A stretch of 61,986 nt of DNA, counting the filler, from Globobulimina sp. (Eukaryota): assembly GCA_003354225.1 (NCBI GenBank). It is 20 parts of 20 records of this genome, joined end to end, with 100 filler letters (N's around TTAATTAATTAA, not from the genome) between each part and the next. Parts side by side here need not be neighbours in the genome. Positions count along the whole stretch, not along the records: positions 18,637 to 21,641 come from PIVH01004055.1; positions 21,742 to 24,746 come from PIVH01004056.1; positions 24,847 to 27,850 come from PIVH01004057.1; positions 27,951 to 30,954 come from PIVH01004058.1; positions 31,055 to 34,058 come from PIVH01004059.1; 15 more parts are not named here. The stretch is one strand, 5' to 3'. Of the stretch, positions 20,004 through 31,454 are shown piece after piece (positions within the stretch are counted from its first letter, which is position 1; every line of letters starts with the position of its first letter). The notes under the pieces are model-generated. The model searched no databases. It was not told the origin of the DNA and worked only from the letters and a program-made list of their open reading frames with translations. Both the position numbers and the translations under genes were made by a program.

Positions 20004-21605
20004 ATGGGCTGTGTAACTAGTAAACAACTAGAGACAAAACCAATGAATATAGAAATCCCATCAGATATCGATACAGATGAAGATTTTTCATCACCGAGAC
20101 CGTCAGACTCACCACCACAACTTTTTGATACAAAATCGCTTCCAGACACAAATTATTTAATTCACATATTACGTGCAACCGATATCCCTCTAAACGACAG
20201 TTTGTCCGAATCAAACGTCTCAAATCCATATGTGATATTCAAAATTTTTGATTGTGATTTAAATAAACAAAGAGGAAATGACATACTCTCCTTATATCAT
20301 ATGGATAGTTGCAATCCAATATGGAATTGTTATCGTACATTTAAAGCATCTGAATTTCATAATAAATTAGTATTTGAGATCTGGGCAAAAGGTTTGGATG
20401 ATTATGCCATTTGCATTGGTACTGCAGAAATACAAATATCGCAACTCTTTATAAATGTTGCTGACAAACACATTTCTACAAATTCTACATATCGTTATGA
20501 CAATAAATCGGAGGATGAGGATGACGATGACGATTGTTTGCAAGACCTTATTATCAATTTGAAAAATCTTCAGTTAATGAATGAGAGTGAGGATGAAGAT
20601 GAAGATGAGGATGAGGATGAAGATGAAGATTGTTTGCAAGAAGTTATTATCAATTTGAAAAATCCAAAACATCAAAAAACACACGAAACGAAACTATATT
20701 TTAAATTATTTTCCATGCAAAGTTCACCATTTACAATTGAGAGAAAAACAATATTTTTTATTCGACATATTGATAATAATGAATGCATTAAAAACTCCAT
20801 AACATTTAATCAAGTTTGGAAGAATGAACGTGATTCGAAATTAATACCATCAGTATTATCACTACAAACTGATGAATCTGGCAATAATGAGCTAAAAACG
20901 AGTGAAGATACTCAGGATTTAAATGATTTTTTATCATCACAACTTGTATTATCATCGCCATTATGCAGAGCCACACAAACAGCGATATTAAGCTTATTAG
21001 ATCATCCATGTTTGGATAAAAGAGGCATTTTATATGCCAGGAATTTAAGAGAGATTAATATTGACCATAAAGATGGTGATGGTACGGATTACGAATACGA
21101 AAACGAAGACGATATTGATAATATTATCCAATTGAAAGATAAAATTAATACAATTCAGATTGATACAAATGACAGCGGCGATGTAGAGATATTACGGAGT
21201 TGCTGTTTGGAGAAAAAAAAAGATTTCCACAGGAGATTGACCGATTTTATGTATTATATCAGATATTCCAATGAAAAGAGGATTATTTGTGTTGGACATA
21301 GTTTGTGGTTGAACGGCTTTTTGAAGCGGTATGTTGACATAAATGATATTTCAAAATATAGCTCGAGCGCGCAAAATGTTGTTGAAAATATATGTAAAGC
21401 AAACATATTTGAACATGGTGATGAAGAAAAGGATGATAATGAATCGCAGCATAAAAACGCGGAAAATATTGTATGCGTTAGAGTTGATCTTGTATTTACC
21501 GATAAATATGAAAACGGATTGAAAATAGATAATGTTCGATTGTTATTTAATACAGAATCACGATTGAAAAATGATAAAAATGAAACAACGGAGGCACAAA
21601 AGTAG
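20004..21605 (+). CDS. N-acylated C2-domain plus histidine-phosphatase-like protein
   Basis: MGCVTSK myristoylation/palmitoylation start, C2 motifs (SNPYV, NPIWN, LVFEIW), phosphatase motifs FFIRH, SSPLCRATQTA and CVGHS. Confidence 0.75.
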   Translation: MGCVTSKQLETKPMNIEIPSDIDTDEDFSSPRPSDSPPQLFDTKSLPDTNYLIHILRATDIPLNDSLSESNVSNPYVIFKIFDCDLNKQRGNDILSLYHMDSCNPIWNCYRTFKASEFHNKLVFEIWAKGLDDYAICIGTAEIQISQLFINVADKHISTNSTYRYDNKSEDEDDDDDCLQDLIINLKNLQLMNESEDEDEDEDEDEDEDCLQEVIINLKNPKHQKTHETKLYFKLFSMQSSPFTIERKTIFFIRHIDNNECIKNSITFNQVWKNERDSKLIPSVLSLQTDESGNNELKTSEDTQDLNDFLSSQLVLSSPLCRATQTAILSLLDHPCLDKRGILYARNLREINIDHKDGDGTDYEYENEDDIDNIIQLKDKINTIQIDTNDSGDVEILRSCCLEKKKDFHRRLTDFMYYIRYSNEKRIICVGHSLWLNGFLKRYVDINDISKYSSSAQNVVENICKANIFEHGDEEKDDNESQHKNAENIVCVRVDLVFTDKYENGLKIDNVRLLFNTESRLKNDKNETTEAQK

Positions 21606-21742
21606 ATAGCTATGTTCTGCGCATTCAATTTGTTAATATATNNNNNNNNNNNNNNNNNNNNNNNNNNNNNNNNNNNNNNNNNNNNTTAATTAATTAANNN
21701 NNNNNNNNNNNNNNNNNNNNNNNNNNNNNNNNNNNNNNNNNG

Positions 21743-22066
21743 CAACATCCGGAGATCGATAATCCAGATTATGTGGAAGCCGCCGATGTGTATAAACGAG
21801 GCGTGGTGGGATATGTTGGTGTGGAAGTATGGCAGGTTAAGGCTGGTACGGTGTTCAGTGATTTTATCTTAACTGACTCTGTGGATGAAGCGGTGGCTTT
21901 CTTTGAGGAGAGGAAGACGAATGAAGATGATGAGAAAGCAGCCAAGGAAGCGTATGACGAAGCAAATAAACCGCCAGCAGATGAGGAGGAGCCTTCTGAT
22001 GATGAAAGTACTGAAGACAGTGATGAGGAGACTGAGACGGAGGAGGAAGACCATGATGAACTATAA
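21743..22066 (+). CDS. CALR: Calreticulin, 3' fragment
   Basis: HPEIDNPDY, G.EVWQVKAGTVF.DFILTDS, acidic tail, terminal HDEL. Confidence 0.93.
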   Translation, partial: QHPEIDNPDYVEAADVYKRGVVGYVGVEVWQVKAGTVFSDFILTDSVDEAVAFFEERKTNEDDEKAAKEAYDEANKPPADEEEPSDDESTEDSDEETETEEEDHDEL

Positions 22067-22699
22067 ATAAGAGATGGACTATAACTATAAATAAGTATAT
22101 TTTGCTATTTTATATTATTATGCATTGACATTACCAAGTATAATGAGTGTAAAGTATTTTTTTTTTCTTTGGTTATTTGCATTAAGTCTTTAAATTTAAT
22201 TATTTGGATTACTAATATCTATTACACAGAAAAATGATTGTTTTTGTTTCCTTGCCATTCTTGAATGAATCAGAACAACTCAGTTCAACGATACATTCCA
22301 AAAGGTAACCCCCACCAATGGTCGATAAGTTGTATACATTTCTTTCAATTATGAGAAAAGGTTTGCAAATCCAGAAACGGTTTGCTATAGATTTGTCTTG
22401 GATTTGTTATAACCTTTGCCTCCAGCACAAAGTCAAAACAAAGTTATAATTGATTTTCCAGTATACAAAGGGGGTTATCCAATCGTTTAAACAAGAATAA
22501 TAACGACAAACAGCTGTGAATTATGATATATTTATAAATAATATTAATTATCGCTATATTTAGCAAATTAACAAAAAAAAAACATTGTTAGAAAAAACTT
22601 TAGTTCAACCTTAGCTTACTTCATCTAATCCTCTCTCAACATTTAACAACTGCACATTTTAAAACATCTAAAAGAATACCTTTCATTGGATTATTAACA

Positions 22700-23887
22700 A
22701 TGTCTGCAGTGCGTTGTGCAGTCTTATTATTGATATATTATGTTCATTTAAGTGTTGCTCGTGAAAAATATGGATTATTTGTGATTGGATCAAACACTGT
22801 CAGTGACGATACATATGTTTCAGGCACACCAGTTTGGGAAATATCCGGATTATCATTTTCTGAGAATTCTTGTGTTGATATTGGCGGCTGTGTGTATTAT
22901 GGAGTATCAGATTCCATCGGACACGATTTCAATAAATCAATCTTTAATTTTAGCTTTGATGTTGAAAATGAAAATGTTGCAATCTCAGCAATTCAGTTGG
23001 AAGAACCACCAAATTATATACAATTAAAATGTTTCGACTCTGAAAATATTGTTCGTTTAAATGATTCATTTATTATAGCATCTGAGGGATATCGTCAATT
23101 TGGTACATTTACAAATTTTTTAATTTATGACGATGATGGGCGATATATTGGAAACATCAGTTATAACACGGACGTTTTTCAAGAACGAAACAACTCAGGT
23201 TTTGTTGATGGTGATGGTATCGAGTCAATGTCTGTTACATCCGATGGAAATACGCTCGTATTTATTGGATCAAACACTCTCGTCCAAGATGACTGTGATC
23301 ACTGTGTTCGAATTTCGGTGAATAATATTAATCGAAACAGCGGCTATGGCCATGGATTTAATGAAATGTTTCAATTTCGATACGATAAAGATTCAGATGA
23401 TACGTCGAGAACAGTTGGTGATGCCACCATAATTAAGGACGATTTATCAATCATTTTGGTGTTGGAAAAATTTGAAAATTATGATGGGACGGTTGATGTG
23501 AATATATATCAAATTGATTTATCAGATAAAGACAGTAATTATGATATTAAAGATTGTTGGTCTTTGAATGAAGCTGACTGTGATAATTATGATATGGTCA
23601 TTAACAAGACATTTGTGAGGAATTTAGGTGAATTAGACATTCCAAATGCAACGTATATTGATTTCGAAGCAATTTCGAGAGGAGGTGATGTTGACATTGA
23701 TGGATGTGATGGAACGTTAGTTGTTGCTGCATCAGATAATGGAGAGGAGGGAGATACTTATTTTGTTTATTTATGTTTTCAGCAAAATGACACAACATTT
23801 ATATCAACGGAGATCGCAGATGGAGCGATAATGGCATCTGTCTCCAATGTATTGGTTGCAGTCAGTTTTTATTTGATGATTTATTGA
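22700..23887 (+). CDS. Secreted, possibly GPI-anchored esterase-like-activity-of-phytase (beta-propeller) protein
   Basis: Signal peptide; EISGL, IASEG, GIESMSVTSDG, LVLEK, FEAI and ASDN motifs; hydrophobic C-terminus. Confidence 0.7.
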   Translation: MSAVRCAVLLLIYYVHLSVAREKYGLFVIGSNTVSDDTYVSGTPVWEISGLSFSENSCVDIGGCVYYGVSDSIGHDFNKSIFNFSFDVENENVAISAIQLEEPPNYIQLKCFDSENIVRLNDSFIIASEGYRQFGTFTNFLIYDDDGRYIGNISYNTDVFQERNNSGFVDGDGIESMSVTSDGNTLVFIGSNTLVQDDCDHCVRISVNNINRNSGYGHGFNEMFQFRYDKDSDDTSRTVGDATIIKDDLSIILVLEKFENYDGTVDVNIYQIDLSDKDSNYDIKDCWSLNEADCDNYDMVINKTFVRNLGELDIPNATYIDFEAISRGGDVDIDGCDGTLVVAASDNGEEGDTYFVYLCFQQNDTTFISTEIADGAIMASVSNVLVAVSFYLMIY

Positions 23888-24200
23888 TTAGGTGTTGATA
23901 TTTTGACAAAAAGACCTGATTTTCTTTCATTGTTTTTGTGAAGTACTTTTTGTTTGTGTGTGTGTGTGTCGTGTTTGAAGTACTTTATAGATTTCATATA
24001 CAAAAAATGTAATTATATTTTAGATTTCATATACAAAATGAAATGTTGTTATAAAATCTGAAAATGTAACAGAATATGGCGTGTTAGAAACACTTCGTTT
24101 TGGAAAAATTCCAACAAAATGACTTGCGAAAGTTTCATGGACAGTATCTATAAAACTTAACAAAAAACATTTACTAGAGAGAAAACTTTGAAGAAAGAAC

Positions 24201-24746
24201 ATGACTGAGTTATTCCCAAGAAGGGGAGATGTAGTTTTAGTTGAACAAGGACTGGGTGTAGTACGTTTTGTTGGTGATGTAGATTTTGAGAAAGTTATAT
24301 AAAAAACAATATTATATTAGGTGTTGTTCTTATATTGGATCACAGACAACAGATAAACACACCAAAGGTCTCGTAAATTGCAATTAAGGCCATAAGGTTC
24401 CCATTGTGCCATATAAGAACAACCCATTGTGCAAAACACAAAATTGTGATTAATGCAAAAATAATATTAAAAATACTTTCCCATCCACAAAAGGGCCAAC
24501 ATATTGGTATCGAAATCAAAGGGAATAATATATCACATGATGATGGCACTGATGGTTCACTGCATGGTAAGCGGTATTTTACTGCCACTCCTAACAATGG
24601 CTTATTTATCCAAATCCATGACATCATCAGGTCGATCGCAAATATATTATATCAATTTGTCGACCACCTCAATGAATAGTGTATATACATAGAACTATAA
24701 CGTCAGAGGAGATATTAGCTAAATTAGCCATTTTATATGACATTGT
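24201..24746 (+). CDS. CAP-Gly domain protein, 3'-partial (introns 24294-24493, 24631-24692)
   Basis: Spliced: GDVVLVEQGLGVVRFVGDVDFEK|GQHIGIE...GTDGSLHGKRYF...NNGLF. Confidence 0.85.
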
Positions 24747-24846
24747 NNNNNNNNNNNNNNNNNNNNNNNNNNNNNNNNNNNNNNNNNNNNTTAATTAATT
24801 AANNNNNNNNNNNNNNNNNNNNNNNNNNNNNNNNNNNNNNNNNNNN

Positions 24847-27513
24847 ACAATATAGTTTAGCAGAGGAAATGTCGTTTACTTTGATAAATTGGATACAGGA
24901 TAACGTAGAAAAGTTGCTACTGCGTCCAAAGCAATATCCGACACTTACATTGGATAAAAATTGGGGCAACGAACAGCAAAAAAAGCAAACGGCACTGGCC
25001 ATGGAAGAGAAGAAAGCACCGCCAAAACAGGAAAAGAAAGTGAAAAAGCAAAAGAAATTTGTAAGGAGCAAACTCTTTAACATCCAAAAAGAAAAAGCAT
25101 TAAAGCGAAACAAAGAAAAAGACGTCTATTTATTTGAACGGATGTGTGGGAAACAAAAACATAACAAAAAATACCAGCAATATGTACGTTTACGAGAGGC
25201 CTTACCAGCGTTTGCGTGCAGGAATAAAATCATTGAATTGATGCAAGCACACCAAGTGTTAGTCATTTCTGGCGAGACTGGCTGCGGTAAATCTACTCAA
25301 ATCCCACAGTATATATTAGATTACTATATCACGCAAGGAAAGGGCTCAGTTTGTAACATCATTTGCACGCAACCCAGGCGGATATCTGCAGTGGGACTAG
25401 CGGACCGAGTGTCCACTGAGCGCTGTGAACGTGTGGGCGAAACCGTTGGATATAGCATCCGATTGGAAAATAGATGCAGTGAAAGAACACAACTGTTATA
25501 CTGCACCACTGGTATATTGTTGCGACGATTAATGGCAAGCTTGAAGATACAGTCAGTGACACATGTGATTATTGACGAAGTGCATGAACGGTCGGTGGAT
25601 ATTGATTTCTTATTAGTGATTTTAAAATTTCTGTGCGAGAAACGAACCGATTTGAAGTTGGTGTTAATGAGCGCCACATTGAATGCGCAGTTATTTAGCA
25701 ACTATTTCGGTGGCTGTCCCATTTTAGAGATTCCCGGTAGGACGTACCCGGTACAGACCTTCTTTTTGGAGGATTTGTTGAATGAGTCTCGCATATCATT
25801 GCCCAAAACCCGTTGGAGTAAGATATCGCGGGAAGAGGAAAGGATGCGATATAAAGCTTTGAAAGAGAAACTGGAGAATAGTAATCATAATAATTATACT
25901 TTTAAGGATCGAGTGTTTCATCAGTTATGCAAATGGGATGAAAGAGATCATCATCGGATAGAAGTGTCGTTGATTGTGGACGCAATATTTCACATTGTAA
26001 CACGATATCCAATCAATAGAAACGATAAACATTCCGCCATTTTAGTGTTTTTGCCTGGAATGTATGAAATAAAAAAGAGTCAAGAAATGTTCCTGCAATT
26101 ACTGCAGAGGAAGGAGATGGATGTGAGTTCATTTTGGGTGATTCCGTTACATTCCGCATTGGCAACAACTAATCAAAAGAAAATATTTACCACCGCGCCG
26201 CCTGGCATTCGCAAGATTGTGTTGGCGACCAACATCGCAGAGACCAGTATCACGATCAATGATGTCAAGTATGTGATTGATGGCGGAAAGATGAAGGAAA
26301 TGTCGTTTAATGCGCATAAACAAATCTCGGTGTTGTCTGAGATATGGATAAGTAACGCACACAGCGAGCAAAGACAAGGCAGAGCGGGTCGCGTTGGTCC
26401 TGGCGTTTGTTATAAATTATATACCCGCGATAAATATAGCACTATGCGAGAAGCTCCAATCCCTGAATTGTTACGAACATCGTTAGAAAATATATCATTG
26501 CAAATCAAATTGTTACGTACGTTATCGTTGTTTAATAAGAATAAGAATAAAACTAAAGATGATATTGGCGGTATAAAATCTATATTGACTTCGTGTATTG
26601 AACCGCCTTCGTGTACGTTGATAGAAGCATCGTTATCCTCCTTACGCGAAGTTGGCGCATTGGATGAGAATGAATTGTTAACGCCGTTGGGATTTCATTT
26701 GAGCAAATTGCCAGTCAGCAATGTACGCTTAGCGAAAATGTTAATATTTGCATCGATATTTAAATGTTTGACGCCGTGTTTGATCATTGCCGCAATTTTG
26801 ACCACTGGGAAATCGATATATTATACGTATGGGACAGATCTTGAAAGGAAAGAAATGGCGCGGAAAATAAAAAATAAATATTACGCCACTTCAACCAAAT
26901 CGGATCATATCACAATGTATAAATTTTTCGTCGAATGGAAACGGAACGCATTGTTTTATACTGTACGTGGTGCGAAACAATTTGCTTTTGATAATTGTTT
27001 ATCGCATCCTACATTGGAACAAGTTGATGGCATTACAAAACAGTATAAAAGTGCACTGAAAGAGATTGGTTTTATTGATGGAACCTATTCGTTTGACAAT
27101 AATGTCATTTCAATGGATCATTATGCGGACATAAATAGCAAATCATATAAATTGATCAAAGCGATTTTGACCGCTGGTTTATATCCAAATTGTATTCGCA
27201 TACAATTACCGAAAAAGAAATATGATAAAACCTTAACGGGGCACAGTGAACGGGATATTAGCGATTCGCGAGCAATTAAGTTTTATTTACATCCGAGATA
27301 CAATCAACATGGTAATGGCAGGATATTTATACATTCGCAGTCATGTTTATCATCGGAAATATCATTTCAATGCAACTGGTTAATATATTTGACCAAAATA
27401 GAAACACGAAATCGATTGCAAGTGTACGATATATCCATGACGACACCGTACGCATTGTTGTTTTTTGGCGGGAAACGGGAGGTCGATCACGTCCGCCAAC
27501 ACATCATTATTGA
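24847..27513 (+). CDS. DEAH-box RNA helicase (DHX57/DHX36/DHX29 group), partial at both ends
   Basis: GETGCGKST, TQPRRISA, DEVHER, MSAT, TNIAETSITI, QRQGRAGR, followed by HA2 and OB regions. Confidence 0.95.
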
Positions 27514-27850
27514 TAGAACCGGACATATAAACAAACATGGGGTTAAAGGCTACAAAAGCGGCCGAACCCAAGGCGATAGACGGCCGTTTTGGCCAGATGA
27601 CCCGAGCCATAAGCCAGGTTAACAAAACCGTGCCCGCCCCGGCTAAAACGTTGATGATACGCACTAGATGGGTGGCTAAAGCCGCGCCAGCCCAGGGAAA
27701 GGCTTCCTCTGGGCCATGTAAATATTGGTTTTTGTTGTCATCACCCACTTCCCAATAACGATATTGCCAAAAAGGATTGGTTGGCGGTTCGTAACAAACA
27801 TCTTGACCAGTGTCGATCCAAAAAGTAGCTATGGCACCTAAGGCATAAAA
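27495..27850 (-). other. Bacterial membrane glycosyltransferase (GT39/DUF2142-like, Chloroflexi style) fragment fused to the contig end
   Basis: FYALGAIATFWID...NKNQYLHGPEEAFPW...ALGSAAFVAFNPMFVYMSGSINNDVL; abrupt GC rise at the junction. Confidence 0.75.
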
Positions 27851-28207
27851 NNNNNNNNNNNNNNNNNNNNNNNNNNNNNNNNNNNNNNNNNNNNTTAATT
27901 AATTAANNNNNNNNNNNNNNNNNNNNNNNNNNNNNNNNNNNNNNNNNNNNTTGTTGTGGTTAATGTTGCGGATTGATAGTGTTTTTGAGACTTGAATAAG
28001 GTGCGGTTGAATGAGTTTGCTACGATGAATGCAGACTTGTGATAGTATCTGGTACATCGAGGCGGAAGCAACAAGCGTTGCATTATTATTTTTATCTAAC
28101 TTGTGAAAAATATTAGGTGAAGTACTGTAACACTAAAACCATCATAGCAGAGTCATGAGAGTTTGGCTCTATTCATACTTTGAGTATATTTGATAGTTAA
28201 TGTTGAA

Positions 28208-28598
28208 ATGATTTTTAATTAAGATTTTATTCCGAATAGAAGGAGACGGAGATTTAAATGAATTAAATGAATGGTGTGTGATTGAGTTACAAGGGACAAT
28301 ATCATCACCAATTAGCACTACATTGCATGGCATGAATCTCGGGAAATTGAATTTTAATCAGGACGGAAAACCGGTACTAACCATTGGAAATAATATAATT
28401 ACGGGAACGAGACAGAAGTTATCCAAACCATTACTAATTACACATAAAAAAGCAACTGATACAAATGACAGAGGCAAGAAAGAATTAAAAGTAATTGCAA
28501 TCATTAAATCAAAATTGGTGTTTAAACACCGACCAAAAATTGTTTTGATGAATTCGAGTCCGAGCAATAAAAAGTTACATTTATCACAAATTAAATGA
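28208..28598 (+). CDS. CTF8: Chromosome transmission fidelity protein 8 (apparent +1 T in a 5' homopolymer)
   Basis: EWCVIELQG, LGKL, PVLTIG, KLSKPL, IIKSKLVFKHRPK. The ATG at 28208 is out of frame by one T. Confidence 0.85.
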
Positions 28599-28714
28599 TT
28601 TTTGTGTTTTCCTTTTCTTTGACATTTATATAATATTTAAATTTATGCAATAATTTAATGTCTAATGTCTTAAAAAAACAGTTTTTAAGACTTCAAAAAA
28701 AAACCACACACTAT

Positions 28715-29900
28715 TTACTCATCGAGAGGGGATAATATTGACGAAGGCAATGATTCTTCATTGTCACGCATATATCCATGATCTCTAGATCTCACTGTAC
28801 CCATTTTCTTGATTGGTTCTTGTTTACGAACTATCTGAATCTCTTTATTTGGAATAATATTTATAATATTAACATCATCAGAATGAAAATGTGTTATTTG
28901 GCTCGATGCGGAGCACTCACGACTTGTTAAACTGGAGTTAGAATTTGAATTTATTCCTGGTTGGTTGCAATCAAAATGATGATAATTATCGCGTACAATG
29001 GCCTGTATCTTCTCACTATCTGCGACTTTTGTCTTTCCTCGAACCTCAATGGGCGCGAAAACTTCATAGTTTTTGGTATCTGATGAAGTAACAAACTGTT
29101 CCTCTTCAATTTGTTTGTACCACGGCTCAATCATATACTTCATGGTGGCGCAGGACAATAACACCAACAAATTGGTAATGAGCACAGTAAACAATCCTGT
29201 TTTTGACACATCAGTTCCTTGGCCTCTGTTGTTTAATGTTATCGTAATTCTTTCTATTCCGCCACTTGTTATTTGTCAACAAACAATGCAAACATATATA
29301 ATTCCGATGAGTAATGAAAAAAATTGCATGCACCAAACAGTTACAAAAACAAATGTAAATTATACTTAACGTCATTTTTAATTCGCATTGAGAGAATTTA
29401 ATGGCAGTATAAATTGAATAGCAATCCATTGTAAGTGAGATGAAAATTAAATAGTGTGTAAGTGACAACACATTCACCGTGAAATTAATGAGTCTGATTG
29501 GGTGCGTTTTTGTTGTGCCATAGATCATGATAAGAATGCCTAGAAAGAAAAATAAATAGGATGAGATTGATATTCTTAATATGGAATTAAAGATAGGAAA
29601 TGGACATTGAAATTGTTCAACCGGACCAATGATGGATGCCATTTGCAATGTACATTGGTCAGATGGCGATAGTTTACATACAGAATGGATAATATTTGCT
29701 ATAAAAGCAGAGAAACAACATAAGACAACCAATGTCAATGAAAATGCGTCGCGAGCAATTTTATCCATTATAGTTTCGCGATTTATGTTGTTCGAAACGT
29801 AATGGGATGAGTTGTGATATGCTAACGGCAAAGCATTGCATGATGATTCCCTGGTAGTTTTACCCGATGTAATGGTATTTTTCTTCTTAACTAAACTCAT
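28715..29900 (-). pseudogene. Multi-pass membrane protein gene, disrupted
   Basis: The TM-rich reading changes frame near 29360 and that frame carries an in-frame TGA (VC*QIT) before joining the 28715..29209 ORF. Confidence 0.5.
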
Positions 29901-29952
29901 GATTCTTGTCTTAAAAAAAAACGTAGCTTTTATCTTTTAACATTTACCGATA

Positions 29953-30954
29953 ATGTCCTCTCTAATCGACCCGTTGCAAAAATTGCTGGGTTTTTTGCAG
30001 AACAACTCACTTCTTGGGTTTCCATATTTGTGTAAGTGTATATTGTCCATGAATCTTGCACTTTATATGAACATGTAATCATCTCAAAATAACAATGAAA
30101 TTTACAGATTGGGCAATATCCGGAGTGTTAAGTATTTTATTGTGCATTTGTATCTGTTGTTGCATGTGCTGCCGCAAAAAAAAACGGTACGTTTATCTAT
30201 CCACCATTTCATATGAACAAACATCTAAAAATGAAACAAATTTATAGAGCATCAAATGAGAAACAATTAAGAGAGTTACATGATAACAATAACGTACCAA
30301 AGCGTATGGTACGGGCTCAATCTATTTCGGCAGATATAACTCAAATGACCACAGTTGATGCTGCGACGCGAAGATCTATGGGTTCCACGCAACACAATCA
30401 AGAACATGATAATTATAACAAACATCAACAACAGAAACAGCGGAAACAGCAGAAACAACAGAACCAACAACCACAACAATCGCCATATAACCAGAATATT
30501 GAGAATAATAATGAGCACAGCAATAGATACAATGGGGAACAGTCCTCGTCCATTCCAAAAATAAATCAAAATCGCGCAGAAAGGACCTTTGCTGGACTAA
30601 AACCAGAAAAAAACAATTATAACAACAATAATTCATATGATAATAACCCAAACCATACAAATAATCAGAACCAATATGGTAATAATAATAATTATGGAAA
30701 CAGTCAATATGATAATAATCAGCAATTTGATAATAATCAGCAATATTATGGAAACAATCAATATGATGGCAGTCAGCAATATGGACACAATCAAAATCAG
30801 AATCAAAATGGAAACAATAATAATTGGAATCAGACCCAAAATCAGAGTCAATATCAAAATAATAATAATAATCCCAATGAACATCACCAGCAAGTTGGTA
30901 ATGACCAGCAAATTGAGCCAAATGATCAACATATTGCTACAAACGATCATAACG
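29953..30954 (+). CDS. Single-pass membrane protein with Cys cluster and N/Q/Y/G-rich tail (introns 30032-30107, 30187-30247; 3'-partial)
   Basis: Spliced: MSSLIDPLQKLLGFLQNNSLLGFPYLYWAISGVLSILLCICICCCMCCRKKKRASNEKQ..., in frame with the 30213 ORF. Confidence 0.75.
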
Positions 30955-31454
30955 NNNNNNNNNNNNNNNNNNNNNNNNNNNNNNNNNNNNNNNNNNNNTT
31001 AATTAATTAANNNNNNNNNNNNNNNNNNNNNNNNNNNNNNNNNNNNNNNNNNNNAATCCATTTTGATCAGTTTTATAACTTTTATTTTCTACCATATTTT
31101 GATTTTCTGTCTTCTTTTCAAACGTTTCTTTATATTGGATGATGAAACGAGTCTATCCTCTCTTGCACATTTCATATCTTCATAAAATTTGTTATGGACA
31201 AACAAAAAGAGACAATGTCTAATCGCGTAACTAAAAGGAATTGAAGTGTCTGCTTTTAGAACCTATCTGATAGATACAATAAAAAGTACAAACACAAAAC
31301 ACGCAAAACACAAAAAAAAGTACAGACACAACAAATTAAAATAATGAATACACGCTAACATCCTTGAGATTTTCGTTAAACTGTTAATTGCTACTAAATA
31401 ACGTAAAAGAACACATAATCTCAAGGAAAGAACACATAATTTTATGTACATAAA

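Noticed and set aside
29270-29285. In-frame TGA in the membrane-protein gene as possible Sec or recoding
   Set aside because: There is no redox motif, a frameshift lies nearby, and other genes use TGA as a normal stop; pseudogenisation or sequence error is more likely.
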